64,000 bases of DNA from Lentisphaerota bacterium (GTDB lineage: Bacteria; Verrucomicrobiota; Kiritimatiellia; UBA8416; VGWI01): assembly GCA_016873655.1 (NCBI GenBank), contig VGWI01000005.1:1455-65454 (forward strand). Reading direction: 5' to 3'. The translations under genes and the position numbers were made by a program. Numbering within the stretch: the stretch's first letter is position 1; each line of letters opens with the position of its first letter. The notes below the pieces were generated by a model that searched no databases, was not told the DNA's origin, and was given only the letters and a program-made list of their open reading frames with translations. This document shows, piece by piece, positions 37,566 through 46,652 of this stretch.

Positions 37566-40361
37566 TCAGTTTGCGCTTGCGCCCGCCTGCTCCTGCCCCG
37601 CCGCAACCGCCACGACGGGAGACTCATCAGCCGCGTCAAGTTCCATCTCGCGCAGCCTGACTTCCCGCCTGCGGTCCGACAGTTTCGCTTCCTGTTCCGC
37701 CACCAACCCGCTCCTCACCTGCACCTCGCGCTCCGAACCGCCAAGCGCTCTTTCCCTCTCGGCCAGTTCCAGTTCACGGCGGCGCAGCTGGAGTTCTTTC
37801 TCGGCCAGTTCCTGTTCGCGCCGGGCGATGTCCAGATTCTTCTGCCTTGCCGTCATCACCTCGGTTCTCGCCTTGAGAATCCGCTCGCGGACGGCCAGCT
37901 CGGCCTCGGCGACCCTGATCGCCGCTTCCGCGTCACGCCCGTCGGAGCCCGCGGGAACACGGGCGCTGCCGGGGTCGGGAGACCGGACCGGAGCCGCCGG
38001 TTTCGGCGCCGGCGGCTGCCCCTTCTTCGCCGGAGATCCGCGGGCGGGATCGGCCAGTTCACTCTCCGACCACCCCTGCTTCCAGAGCCCCTCCGCCTGC
38101 AAAGCCTGCTTCCGCCTCCGCGACTCGGCGGCTATGTCTTCCGGCGTGTCGAGCACATACGGCGTGATGAAAACCACCGTCTCGGTCTTCGATGCGGTCT
38201 TGCCGTGCGACCCGAACAGCCAGCCCAGGAACGGGATGGAACTCAGCACGGGGATGCCGCCCTTTGTGTTTGACGTCCGCTCGGAAACGAGCCCGCCAAG
38301 CACGATCGTCTGCCTGTTCTCCACGGCTATGGCCGCGGACAGGGTGCGCGAGCTGTAGATGATCGTACCCGTCAAATTCTCGGTCGCCACGCCCTGGGTC
38401 GCCTTGGCGTTCGGCTGGCTCAGCCGCTGCTCGATGTCCATCATCACAACCCGGTTTTCGTTGATGTGCGGCTTGACCGTCAGCTCGAGGCCGACTTCCT
38501 TCTGCTCGTAGTTGTCGTAATCGCCGCCCTCGGTTGAACTGCGCCTTGTCGTGCCGGAATAGACGTACATCAGATCCGTTGAAGTGATCTTGGCCTCTTT
38601 GTTGTCCGTGGTGAGGATCACCGGCGTTGACACGACCTTCACGCGGCTGTCCGTCTGCGCCATCTTCAGCACGGCGTCAAGGTTCAGCCCGAAGTAGGTA
38701 AAGTAGTACGACAGCCCGGCAAACGGAACCGGACTGGAAGCCGCCGTGGCGTTGAACGGCGTGGCCGAGCCGCCGCCGCCGGACCCGGTGAAAGCCAGGA
38801 CCGGAGTCCTGGTGCCCGCCCCGTTCTCATTGAAAGACACCATCGAACGCTGCAGCCAGTCGACGCCGGCGCTCAGCGTGTCGCTCAACTGGATATCCAG
38901 GATCGCCGCCTCTATCAGCACCTGTGAAAGCATCATGTCCATGTCCGCGACGATCTCCGATATCGTCGCGATGTCGGACCGGCTGGCCATGATTATCAGC
39001 GAGTTCGTCCGCTCGTCTGAGAGTATCTTGATGTTGTCCTTGTAAAGCTCGCCTATCTTCGACTTCCCTGCCTTCTCCGCGCCGCCGGCACCAAGGCTCT
39101 TCACGTAATCGCGCAACGCGGCGGCCTCGCCTTCCGCAGCCCCCTCCGCGCGCACCGGCTTGGACGCGTCTTCGCCTTTCGCCGCGGCGCCGACAAGATC
39201 GTTGAGCATGCCGGCGACCGCCTTGGCTTCGGCGTATTCCAGCCTGAACACCTTCACTATCACGTCAGGCGCGGTGGCGACGTCGAGCACCTTTATGATC
39301 TTTTCGAAGAACGACATGTTCTCCGGCCTGGTGATGATTATGAGAATGCCGGTCCGGTCGTCGGAGACTATCCTGACCTTGCCGCGGATGATGCCGCGCT
39401 CGGCTTCCTCTATGACTGTCTCGACGATCTGCTCCTCGGCTGGCGACGGTGCTGTCGGGACCAGCGAGCGCAACCCGGGCCGGATCAGGCCGACGGGCGC
39501 CGCCGGGCCAGCCGGCCGGGGCACGACACCCGGCGCGCCGGACATGCGCGGCTGCGCGACAACCGCCTTCTTCGCCTCGTCCTTCTGCGATTCGGCGATT
39601 ATCTCCTCAAGCTTGGCCTTTATGTCGGCCGGCTTCGCGTGAAGGATGTGAATGATGTTCGGCTCCTCCCGCACCTCCACCGGCTGGTCCACTATGCGCA
39701 GCATCTGCATGATCCTGTTTATGTTGGCGGCATCGTCGGTGATCAGGAGGCTGTTGATGCTCTCGAAGGGAACAACCTTCGCGTAGCCGTGTTTCAGCGC
39801 ATCAACCGCCTTCTTCGCTGTTTCCAACTCGATGTTGCGGATCACCATCATCTGGCTGACGAGCTGCCCCTTCTCCGGCAGCGGATCCTCGCCGGCGACT
39901 TCACTGATCTTCATCGCTTCCTCGCCGGCCTGGGCGATGGGAACGGCCTTCAGGAAAGTGTCGCCGACCTTCAGCAGCGCTATCCCGTTCATCGTGAGAA
40001 CGGTGTCTATCGCCTGGAGGTAGTCGGTCATCGGGAGAGCGCCCTGACTCCGGAGCGTCACGCTTACCTTCGGCAGGTTGGGCGCCATCAGCAGTGTGCG
40101 CCCGGTCTTCTGCGCGTAGTCGTTCAGCACGATCTCCGTGCTGGCCATGTTGAATTTGAGCTCGCCCCCGGGCAGATCGGCGGCCGGATCAGGGACGGCG
40201 GCCGGGGCACTCGCTGCCGGCGTCGGCATCACCGCCGGCGCGGATCCGAGCCCGTTCGGCAGACGCACCGGCGCCGAAGGCGGCAGCAGGTCCTGCGCGA
40301 GGGATCTCAACGAAAAAGCGAACAGGAGCGACAGGCACGTTCCAGCCGTAAATCTGCTCAT
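37566..40361 (-). CDS. gspD: type II secretion system secretin (GspD-like) with a long C-terminal extension
   Basis: Signal peptide, N0-N3-like repeats, and the secretin core (..GGLVSERTSNTKGGIPVLSSIPFLGWLF....VVFITPYVL). About 215 extra C-terminal residues are Pro-rich, then E/R/L-rich. Confidence 0.85.
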   Translation of the reverse strand: MSRFTAGTCLSLLFAFSLRSLAQDLLPPSAPVRLPNGLGSAPAVMPTPAASAPAAVPDPAADLPGGELKFNMASTEIVLNDYAQKTGRTLLMAPNLPKVSVTLRSQGALPMTDYLQAIDTVLTMNGIALLKVGDTFLKAVPIAQAGEEAMKISEVAGEDPLPEKGQLVSQMMVIRNIELETAKKAVDALKHGYAKVVPFESINSLLITDDAANINRIMQMLRIVDQPVEVREEPNIIHILHAKPADIKAKLEEIIAESQKDEAKKAVVAQPRMSGAPGVVPRPAGPAAPVGLIRPGLRSLVPTAPSPAEEQIVETVIEEAERGIIRGKVRIVSDDRTGILIIITRPENMSFFEKIIKVLDVATAPDVIVKVFRLEYAEAKAVAGMLNDLVGAAAKGEDASKPVRAEGAAEGEAAALRDYVKSLGAGGAEKAGKSKIGELYKDNIKILSDERTNSLIIMASRSDIATISEIVADMDMMLSQVLIEAAILDIQLSDTLSAGVDWLQRSMVSFNENGAGTRTPVLAFTGSGGGGSATPFNATAASSPVPFAGLSYYFTYFGLNLDAVLKMAQTDSRVKVVSTPVILTTDNKEAKITSTDLMYVYSGTTRRSSTEGGDYDNYEQKEVGLELTVKPHINENRVVMMDIEQRLSQPNAKATQGVATENLTGTIIYSSRTLSAAIAVENRQTIVLGGLVSERTSNTKGGIPVLSSIPFLGWLFGSHGKTASKTETVVFITPYVLDTPEDIAAESRRRKQALQAEGLWKQGWSESELADPARGSPAKKGQPPAPKPAAPVRSPDPGSARVPAGSDGRDAEAAIRVAEAELAVRERILKARTEVMTARQKNLDIARREQELAEKELQLRRRELELAERERALGGSEREVQVRSGLVAEQEAKLSDRRREVRLREMELDAADESPVVAVAAGQEQAGASAN

Positions 40362-40918
40362 GGATTGGCTCCAGCCGTACTCCCCGCGGCGGACGGGGAC
40401 TTCTCACGCCTGTACGCACAGTGAACAACGAACCGGCCGCGCAACTGGTCCTTGCCCACCGGCTTCACAAGCAACTGACGCACGTCGAACATAACACCGC
40501 GTGTTTGCAGATCAAAGAGGAAATGGACCAGCGAGGAAAGCGTGCCTTCCCACTGGCACTCGACGGGAAGCTCAAATATCTCTCCCATCGCCCGCTCGTC
40601 CAGCGCCTGCCGGCGCGGAATGTTCAACCCGTGCATGGAAGCCACCCGGTCTATCTCTGAAAGCCAGAACACGTCGGTTCTGCCGGATGCCGGCCGCGCC
40701 ACGAGCTTCGAACTCAATTCGTCGAATTTCGCCTGCCAGCCGGGAGCCTCTGCGATCAGCCCCTCGTACTCCGCAATAGTCTCGCGGGCCGCGCGCTGCT
40801 CAGATCTCAGGGCCTTCCAGCGCTCCAGGTTCGGGCGCGCCAGGATCGCCGTTCCGCCGAAGAGGCAGACGGCAAGCGTGGCAACACCAAGAGTCGCTTC
40901 CCTCCTCGTGAGCTTCAT
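40358..40918 (-). CDS. GspM/PilO-like bitopic assembly protein
   Basis: 186 aa, with a single N-terminal TM (LGVATLAVCLFGGTAIL), a coiled coil, then an alpha/beta domain. It overlaps both neighbours by ATGA. Confidence 0.55.
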   Translation of the reverse strand: MKLTRREATLGVATLAVCLFGGTAILARPNLERWKALRSEQRAARETIAEYEGLIAEAPGWQAKFDELSSKLVARPASGRTDVFWLSEIDRVASMHGLNIPRRQALDERAMGEIFELPVECQWEGTLSSLVHFLFDLQTRGVMFDVRQLLVKPVGKDQLRGRFVVHCAYRREKSPSAAGSTAGANP

Positions 40919-42285
40919 TCGGACGCCTCCGGAAGCTTCAGTTCCACCTCGAACGTGTTCTTCCTGCGCTGACGGTCCCATGCCGGCCCGTTCAGCGTGG
41001 CACCGGCGAGCGTGCTGCTGGCATCGAGCTTCCTGCGGAAGTCGTAGATCAGGTTCACATCCTCGCACTCGCCGCCGATCTTCAGGGCATCGCCCTTCCT
41101 GTAGGTGAACGAGTTGAGGTCCAGGCCCTGCGGCTGTATCGAGGCTATCTCGCGCATGCAGTCCAACGCGGAAAGGGCACCCTTGCCGTAGGTCCCGAGT
41201 TGTATGACGCGCCGCCTGAGAGTCCTCACGTCCATCGCCTTCGGCTTGAGCATGTCGCGCTCGGCTTCAAGGGCGCGAAGCCTGCCCTCCTCGACTCCGA
41301 CGCCGCCAAACAGCGCCGCGGCCGACAGCGCCCACAGGATAAGGACCGCAGCCAGGATGCCGATCGCGCGGGTTCTGAACTCCAGCACGCGCCGCACCTT
41401 CCGCCATGATTCCGGCGTCAGATCCAGCACGGGAGTCGCACGAGGCATGCCGCGGCGCGCCACACCCTCGCTGCGCGGGGCAAGCTCGAGGAGAGACCGC
41501 GACTGCCCCCGCGCTCCGAGCAGCTTGCCCAGCGCTGCGGCAAGAACGGGATCGGAATCCGACGCGCGCCAGACAACAACCGACGAAACCGAGCCGGCGC
41601 CGTGATCCATCTCAACGGCCATCAGCGCGAACGCGACCGACCCGGAGAGCGTGGATGCAAGGGCCTCGGGCCCACACCCAGGTTCAACATCAAGCGGCCG
41701 CATCAGCAACGGCGCGCCGTGCTGGTAGACGACAAGCTCCCATCCGCCGGATTCCTCGACGAGGAGCACATGCCGGCCGGACTCCTCGACCGCCGACGCA
41801 TCCGCCAGCGTCTGCCACCTGCCCATGGCGGATATGTCAACGCGCCTCGGATCAAAACCCGCTCCGCGGGCAAGGGCGCCGGCGGCGTCCGCCACCTCTT
41901 CGCGCACAAGACCGATGAGAACGAGAGCGCCATTCTCGGATTCCCCGAGAACCTCGTGCGAGACAACGGTCTTTTCCACCGGGAAAGGCGAAATCTTGTC
42001 CGCCTGCAGCCTGGCCATGGAAGCGATCTCGGCCGGGTCCCTCGTGGGAAGCTCGACCACCCTGACAAGCGTGTCGCTGAGCGGAACCGCCACCGAAACC
42101 GCGCCGCGCGCGCGCCCGGCCGCCGCACGAACCGCGGCGCCGAGCGCCGCCGGCTCAAGCGGTTTCGAATTTCCGTCAACAGCCGGAACTTCCGCGTTAA
42201 CGGCCGCGCGGCCGCCGGGTTTCACGATGGAAACACCGACGCACCCGCCTTCCGCAACCCAACCGGCATGAATGTCCCGGGGCAT
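40915..42285 (-). CDS. GspL-equivalent: PilM-like cytoplasmic domain fused to a TM and a PilN-like domain
   Basis: 456 aa. The N-terminal ~290 aa is soluble, a TM follows (AIGILAAVLILWALSAAALF), and the periplasmic C-terminus has a PilN/fimbrial-assembly-like pattern. The position between gspK and the gspM-like gene supports the call. Confidence 0.55.
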   Translation of the reverse strand: MPRDIHAGWVAEGGCVGVSIVKPGGRAAVNAEVPAVDGNSKPLEPAALGAAVRAAAGRARGAVSVAVPLSDTLVRVVELPTRDPAEIASMARLQADKISPFPVEKTVVSHEVLGESENGALVLIGLVREEVADAAGALARGAGFDPRRVDISAMGRWQTLADASAVEESGRHVLLVEESGGWELVVYQHGAPLLMRPLDVEPGCGPEALASTLSGSVAFALMAVEMDHGAGSVSSVVVWRASDSDPVLAAALGKLLGARGQSRSLLELAPRSEGVARRGMPRATPVLDLTPESWRKVRRVLEFRTRAIGILAAVLILWALSAAALFGGVGVEEGRLRALEAERDMLKPKAMDVRTLRRRVIQLGTYGKGALSALDCMREIASIQPQGLDLNSFTYRKGDALKIGGECEDVNLIYDFRRKLDASSTLAGATLNGPAWDRQRRKNTFEVELKLPEASE

Positions 42286-42294
42286 CGCCTGCGG

Positions 42295-43320
42295 CTACTC
42301 CTCTTCCTGCCACCTGAGAATCGTGAGGCGCCCGCGGTCGGCATTGAACCGAACAACGCTTCCGACACGCCGCCTCACGCCCTGCACCTCGCCGACGGAA
42401 GTGACACGATAGTAGTTCTCTTTCTGGGTGGTGATGTACTTGCGGATATTCTCGTCGTTCAGTTCCGGGATCCGCTTGAAAAGGTCAGCATCATCCTTGA
42501 AGAAAGCACCCTTGCCCTCGTACCCGGCGCGCTCCTCAACGACCGCGCCGGCAAGCACATCGTCCATCCCGGGAACCGACTGTAGAACGCGGCGCGTGGC
42601 GGCGTTGACGTTCACCTGCGCCCCGCCGTAGACGGTAAGCAGATCGGCAATGCCCGAAACGGTGATCTGCGCCGCGCCTTCCGCGCCCGGGTCAAGCACG
42701 CCTCCGTATAGTATGACCGGCGTGAAACCCTTGACAAGGAGAAGTTCCCCCACCGTATCCAGCGGCCCGTTCTTCGCGCGGATCGGCGGCTCAATCGTCG
42801 CGTAGTAGTCCTCGGTTTCGGCGCCGTCGCCCGGCCGCGGAGAGTTGTCGGTGTCAATCCAGTCCAGCGCCGGGTCAATCAGCTTCGGCCACATGTCCTC
42901 CGGAATCCCGCCGACCTCGAGAACCTTCTCCCATTCAAGCTCGGTCTTGAGCGTGTTGACGTTCCGCCGGGCTTTCTCCGTAACGATGGTTACGGTGACC
43001 GCGCCGTCCCCGGCCTTCTCTGTCACCGTTACGGATGCTCCTTCCTTCAGCCGCCTGGCGTCTTCGAACCAGCGGTCCCCTTCTTCCGCCTCGGCGTTGT
43101 CCAGAATGGCCTGGCTACGCACCATGAGCATGCGCGCGACTTCCACGCCGGACCGGGCAAGGTGCTCGGCCTTGACGCGTTTGCGGTAGTAGGACGTGAT
43201 TCGCGCCTCGATGTGCGCGTCGAACGCCAGCGAGGAAACCAGCACGGATAGAAGGCCAAGGACCCAAAGCGTCACGATGAGCGCCGAACCGCCTCCGCGC
43301 CTGTTCCGACACGCGTTCAC
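42295..43320 (-). CDS. gspK: T2SS minor pseudopilin GspK-like
   Basis: N-terminus RRGGGSALIVTLWVLGLLSVLVSSLA. 341 aa, with the position and size of GspK. GTG start overlaps the upstream stop. Confidence 0.7.
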   Translation of the reverse strand: MNACRNRRGGGSALIVTLWVLGLLSVLVSSLAFDAHIEARITSYYRKRVKAEHLARSGVEVARMLMVRSQAILDNAEAEEGDRWFEDARRLKEGASVTVTEKAGDGAVTVTIVTEKARRNVNTLKTELEWEKVLEVGGIPEDMWPKLIDPALDWIDTDNSPRPGDGAETEDYYATIEPPIRAKNGPLDTVGELLLVKGFTPVILYGGVLDPGAEGAAQITVSGIADLLTVYGGAQVNVNAATRRVLQSVPGMDDVLAGAVVEERAGYEGKGAFFKDDADLFKRIPELNDENIRKYITTQKENYYRVTSVGEVQGVRRRVGSVVRFNADRGRLTILRWQEEE

Positions 43321-44006
43321 GGCTTGACCGCCTGCAGAAGCGCGACGGGTATCTCAACCAGCCTGCGAAGCTCCAGCGGCTCCCGCCCGCCCAGACCGCG
43401 GAGATGAACGGTCACCTCGACGTAGCGCGGAATCCTGTTCGTCAGTTCACCTTCCCACTCGTCTTCCCACTTTATCTCGCCGTCCTCGAGGCCGAGCGCG
43501 CAGCGACAGTCGAAGCCCTCCACCCTGCGGGATATGAAGACGGGCTTCTCATCCGACGGGTCGAAATCCTCCGGCTGCCCTACAACGCGCCACGCGCGCA
43601 CCGATACCTGGGAATCATCCCCCGCACCCTCGATCGTGAACTCGACGCGGTGCGGGCTGTCGGCAAGCTCCGATTGCCGGCCGACAAGAGAGGAACCAAG
43701 CTTCACCCAGCTCACCTTGTCGTGCGCGTAGCGGCCGTCGGAACCGTCTTCAACGAGAAACCCGTACCCCTTCGCCTGCCCGTCGGGGCAGTATGCGGAC
43801 CGCATCGCCATGACAAGCTGGTCAAGCACGTAGTCGCCGTGGTGTATGCCCTCGGCCATCTCCGTGCCGCGCTTCCACGCGGTGATGACGGTGTTGAAAG
43901 TCAGGTACGTCAGCGCGCTCACGACCACGAGGATCGAAACCGCAAGCAACAGCTCAAGCAGCGTGAAGCCGCCTCCGCGCCCGCCATGACGCCATCCCGC
44001 GCTCAC
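43317..44006 (-). CDS. T2SS minor pseudopilin (GspJ-like)
   Basis: Prepilin-type N-terminus GGGFTLLELLLAVSILVVVSAL. The GTG at 44006 follows AAGGAGAAG and overlaps the upstream stop. Confidence 0.6.
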   Translation of the reverse strand: MSAGWRHGGRGGGFTLLELLLAVSILVVVSALTYLTFNTVITAWKRGTEMAEGIHHGDYVLDQLVMAMRSAYCPDGQAKGYGFLVEDGSDGRYAHDKVSWVKLGSSLVGRQSELADSPHRVEFTIEGAGDDSQVSVRAWRVVGQPEDFDPSDEKPVFISRRVEGFDCRCALGLEDGEIKWEDEWEGELTNRIPRYVEVTVHLRGLGGREPLELRRLVEIPVALLQAVKP

Positions 44007-44476
44007 CGCTTCTTCTCCTTGAAGTCCGGGTCCCGCACGAAAGAGACGACTTCTTCGAACGCTTCCCCTCCACGGTCCGCCCACGTAACCTTCGTGCGCA
44101 TGACGCACAGACCGTCCTCGTCATCGTCCGGATCGACCTCGCGCGAGAACGTGAATCCAGGAACCAGCGAGGAATCCCCCGCAACCTCGAAACTGTCGAG
44201 GCTGTTGGTCTCCGTGGTGAAGTGCGCGGCTTCGCCGAGCGTCAGAACCCACTGCGCCGTCTGGTAGTCGCGCGCGCGGCGCATCACGGCAAGACACCGC
44301 GAAGCCGCGGTCAGCAGCACCGCCAGCCCGCTGCCAAGTATCGCCACCGCCAGCAGAACCTCCACGAGCGTCAGCCCCGCACGCCGCCGCAGCGCGCGCA
44401 ATGCGGGAAGCCGCGACTCAGGGCCTGGTGATTTCCGCGCTGGAAAGGGCGTCAACACTGATGAGTATCCGTTCAT
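44003..44476 (-). CDS. T2SS minor pseudopilin (GspI-like)
   Basis: RRRAGLTLVEVLLAVAILGSGLAVL is a prepilin motif. The start is uncertain: 44476 overlaps the gspH-like gene by 59 nt, and a TTG at 44401 would give a short basic leader. Confidence 0.6.
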   Translation of the reverse strand: MNGYSSVLTPFPARKSPGPESRLPALRALRRRAGLTLVEVLLAVAILGSGLAVLLTAASRCLAVMRRARDYQTAQWVLTLGEAAHFTTETNSLDSFEVAGDSSLVPGFTFSREVDPDDDEDGLCVMRTKVTWADRGGEAFEEVVSFVRDPDFKEKKR

Positions 44477-44960
44477 CCCTGTCGTCCGATATCATCACAC
44501 TGTACGGTTCGCATGTTCCGTTGCTGCTGTAAGTGATCGCAACTGAACCGGCCCTGGCCGTTCCGGCGGCGGCGCGCTCCACCTGAACCACGCGCACCCG
44601 GTCGAGCAGCCTGTCGAGCGTGCTCCCCGACCCGGTCCCGGCATCGCCGGCCGGCGCTTCGTCCTCAAGCAGGTCCTCCGCCGACGGCGCTTTGATCCGC
44701 TCCGGGTCGAAGCGCGGAGCGGGCGTCACCACTATGCGGCCAGCGTCAAGATCGATCCGCATCAGCATGTTCTCCTGCCGAAGCACCGCGAAACTGCGCG
44801 CGTACCGCCCCGCGGCCGCAACGGTGCGGGCCGCGGCCCGCAGCCTGTTGCCGCGCAGTGAACGCACGAATGTCGGCATCGTGACGGCCGTGACGATGCC
44901 TATGATCGCGAGAACCAGCAGCAGTTCGACGAGCGTGAAGCCTCTGTGCGCGGCGCGCAT
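44418..44960 (-). CDS. T2SS minor pseudopilin (GspH-like)
   Basis: MRAAHRGFTLVELLLVLAIIGIVTAV prepilin N-terminus. 180 aa. Confidence 0.65.
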   Translation of the reverse strand: MRAAHRGFTLVELLLVLAIIGIVTAVTMPTFVRSLRGNRLRAAARTVAAAGRYARSFAVLRQENMLMRIDLDAGRIVVTPAPRFDPERIKAPSAEDLLEDEAPAGDAGTGSGSTLDRLLDRVRVVQVERAAAGTARAGSVAITYSSNGTCEPYSVMISDDRDERILISVDALSSAEITRP

Positions 44961-44982
44961 GTCCGATCCCGGCCGCCGCCGG

Positions 44983-45381
44983 TCACCAGCTCGTTATCTG
45001 GCCGGTTCCGTCGCCGGGGCCTGGTGAAACAACCTGGTAACCGTCGCCGCTCTGGCTGTACTGGTAGTCGTTGCCCCACGGATCCTTCGGGAGCCCGCCC
45101 CTGATGTACGGCCCGCGCCAGTTCGGCGAGCCGTCGCTCTGGATGAGGGAGTTCAACGCGGGCGGCAGGCGGCCGGTATCCACCTCATACATGTCCACCG
45201 CCGTACAGATGTTCTGAATGCTGGCCCTGCATGCGTCCACCATGGCCTTCTTCTGCTTGCCCGCGAAGTTCACGACTACCACGCCGGCAAGGATCCCAAG
45301 GATGGCGACCACAAGCAGCACCTCGATCAGGGTGAAACCGGATGCACCGCTCCGGCGCTTCTCATTGTCTTTTCCTCTCAT
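44983..45381 (-). CDS. gspG: T2SS major pseudopilin GspG
   Basis: GFTLIEVLLVVAILGILAG...DPWGNDYQY is the GspG signature. The ATG at 45381 follows GGAGG. Confidence 0.85.
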   Translation of the reverse strand: MRGKDNEKRRSGASGFTLIEVLLVVAILGILAGVVVVNFAGKQKKAMVDACRASIQNICTAVDMYEVDTGRLPPALNSLIQSDGSPNWRGPYIRGGLPKDPWGNDYQYSQSGDGYQVVSPGPGDGTGQITSW

Positions 45382-45408
45382 GCCGCACCTCCATTGCATC
45401 AGCTGACC

Positions 45409-46620
45409 TCAGACGTTCAGCCCGCTCGTCATGTTGAACACCGCCATGAGAATGCTCACGGCAACAAACCCGACCATCACCGCCACCACCACGATCAGGA
45501 TCGGCTCGAGCGCCGTGGTGAATATCTTCACGCTGCGGTCCAGTTCCCCTTCATATCTGCGCGCAATGTGGTTCAGCGCGCCGGCCACGTCGCCGGTCTG
45601 CTCCCCGATGGCCAGCATGTCGGTCATGATCGCGGGAAACACCTTGCCTGCCGCCAGCGGGCCGGAGATCGTCGTGCCGTCGGTCACCCTCGTGCGGGCA
45701 TTGCGGATTTCGGCGGATATCACCGCGTTACCCACCGTGTCCTCGACAATCTCCAGCGCCCTGAGAACGGGCACGCCGTTGCCGAGCAGGGTGGAAAGCG
45801 TGCGCGCGAAGTTGGAATACACGGCGGACGCCACAATTCCGCGGATCAGCGGAATACGGAGCAGGAACGCGTGCCATGCGTTCCGCCCGCGCCCGCCCTG
45901 GATCAACCGCTTGAACATGACCCCGGCGATCCCGATGCCGACCAGCAGGAATACCCCGTACCTCGCGAGCCAGCGGCTGGTCCCGATCAGTATCCGCGTC
46001 GGAAGCGGCAACGCCATCTGCATCTGGTCAAAAATAAGCGTGAACTTCGGCACCACGTAAACCATGGAGAAGGCGAGCGTCACGACGCCCATGACGACGA
46101 CAATCGCCGGGTACACGAGAGCCATCACGACCTTCTCGCGCACCTCCTGCACGCGCTCGTAGTGGGTCACGAGACGCCTCAACACTTCCTCCATCGCGCC
46201 GCCCACTTCGCCCGCCCGGATCATGTTGACGTACAGGTAGGAGAACGTGCGCGGATGCTTCGCCATGGCGTCGGAAAGGGAAACGCCCTGCACGATGGCT
46301 TCGGCGAGATCCGCTATCACCTTGTCGGACCCGCGCCCGGTCTTGCGGGAGGACAGCGTGTTCAGCGCCTGCCCGAGGCGCATGCCGGCGGATAGAAGAT
46401 CGCTCAACTCCGTGGTGAAAATGAGCAGCTCCCGCCCGCCCATCCGGACCTCGCCCCGGCCGGGCCCGGCAGCCGCTGCCGCGGCGCCTTCTGAAACGGT
46501 CACGGGCACGACGCCGAGCCTCTCAACCGCGGCAAGCGCCTCCCGCCTGTCCCGTGCTTCGACAACACCCTTCACCTGCTCGCCGCCGCGGCTGCGGCCG
46601 GTGTATGCGTATGAAGGCAT
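45409..46620 (-). CDS. gspF: T2SS inner-membrane platform protein GspF
   Basis: 403 aa, with two GspF/PilC repeats and three TM segments. Confidence 0.9.
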   Translation of the reverse strand: MPSYAYTGRSRGGEQVKGVVEARDRREALAAVERLGVVPVTVSEGAAAAAAGPGRGEVRMGGRELLIFTTELSDLLSAGMRLGQALNTLSSRKTGRGSDKVIADLAEAIVQGVSLSDAMAKHPRTFSYLYVNMIRAGEVGGAMEEVLRRLVTHYERVQEVREKVVMALVYPAIVVVMGVVTLAFSMVYVVPKFTLIFDQMQMALPLPTRILIGTSRWLARYGVFLLVGIGIAGVMFKRLIQGGRGRNAWHAFLLRIPLIRGIVASAVYSNFARTLSTLLGNGVPVLRALEIVEDTVGNAVISAEIRNARTRVTDGTTISGPLAAGKVFPAIMTDMLAIGEQTGDVAGALNHIARRYEGELDRSVKIFTTALEPILIVVVAVMVGFVAVSILMAVFNMTSGLNV

Positions 46621-46652
46621 TTGCGCGGACCTCCTGTGGCTGAAATGGCCTG

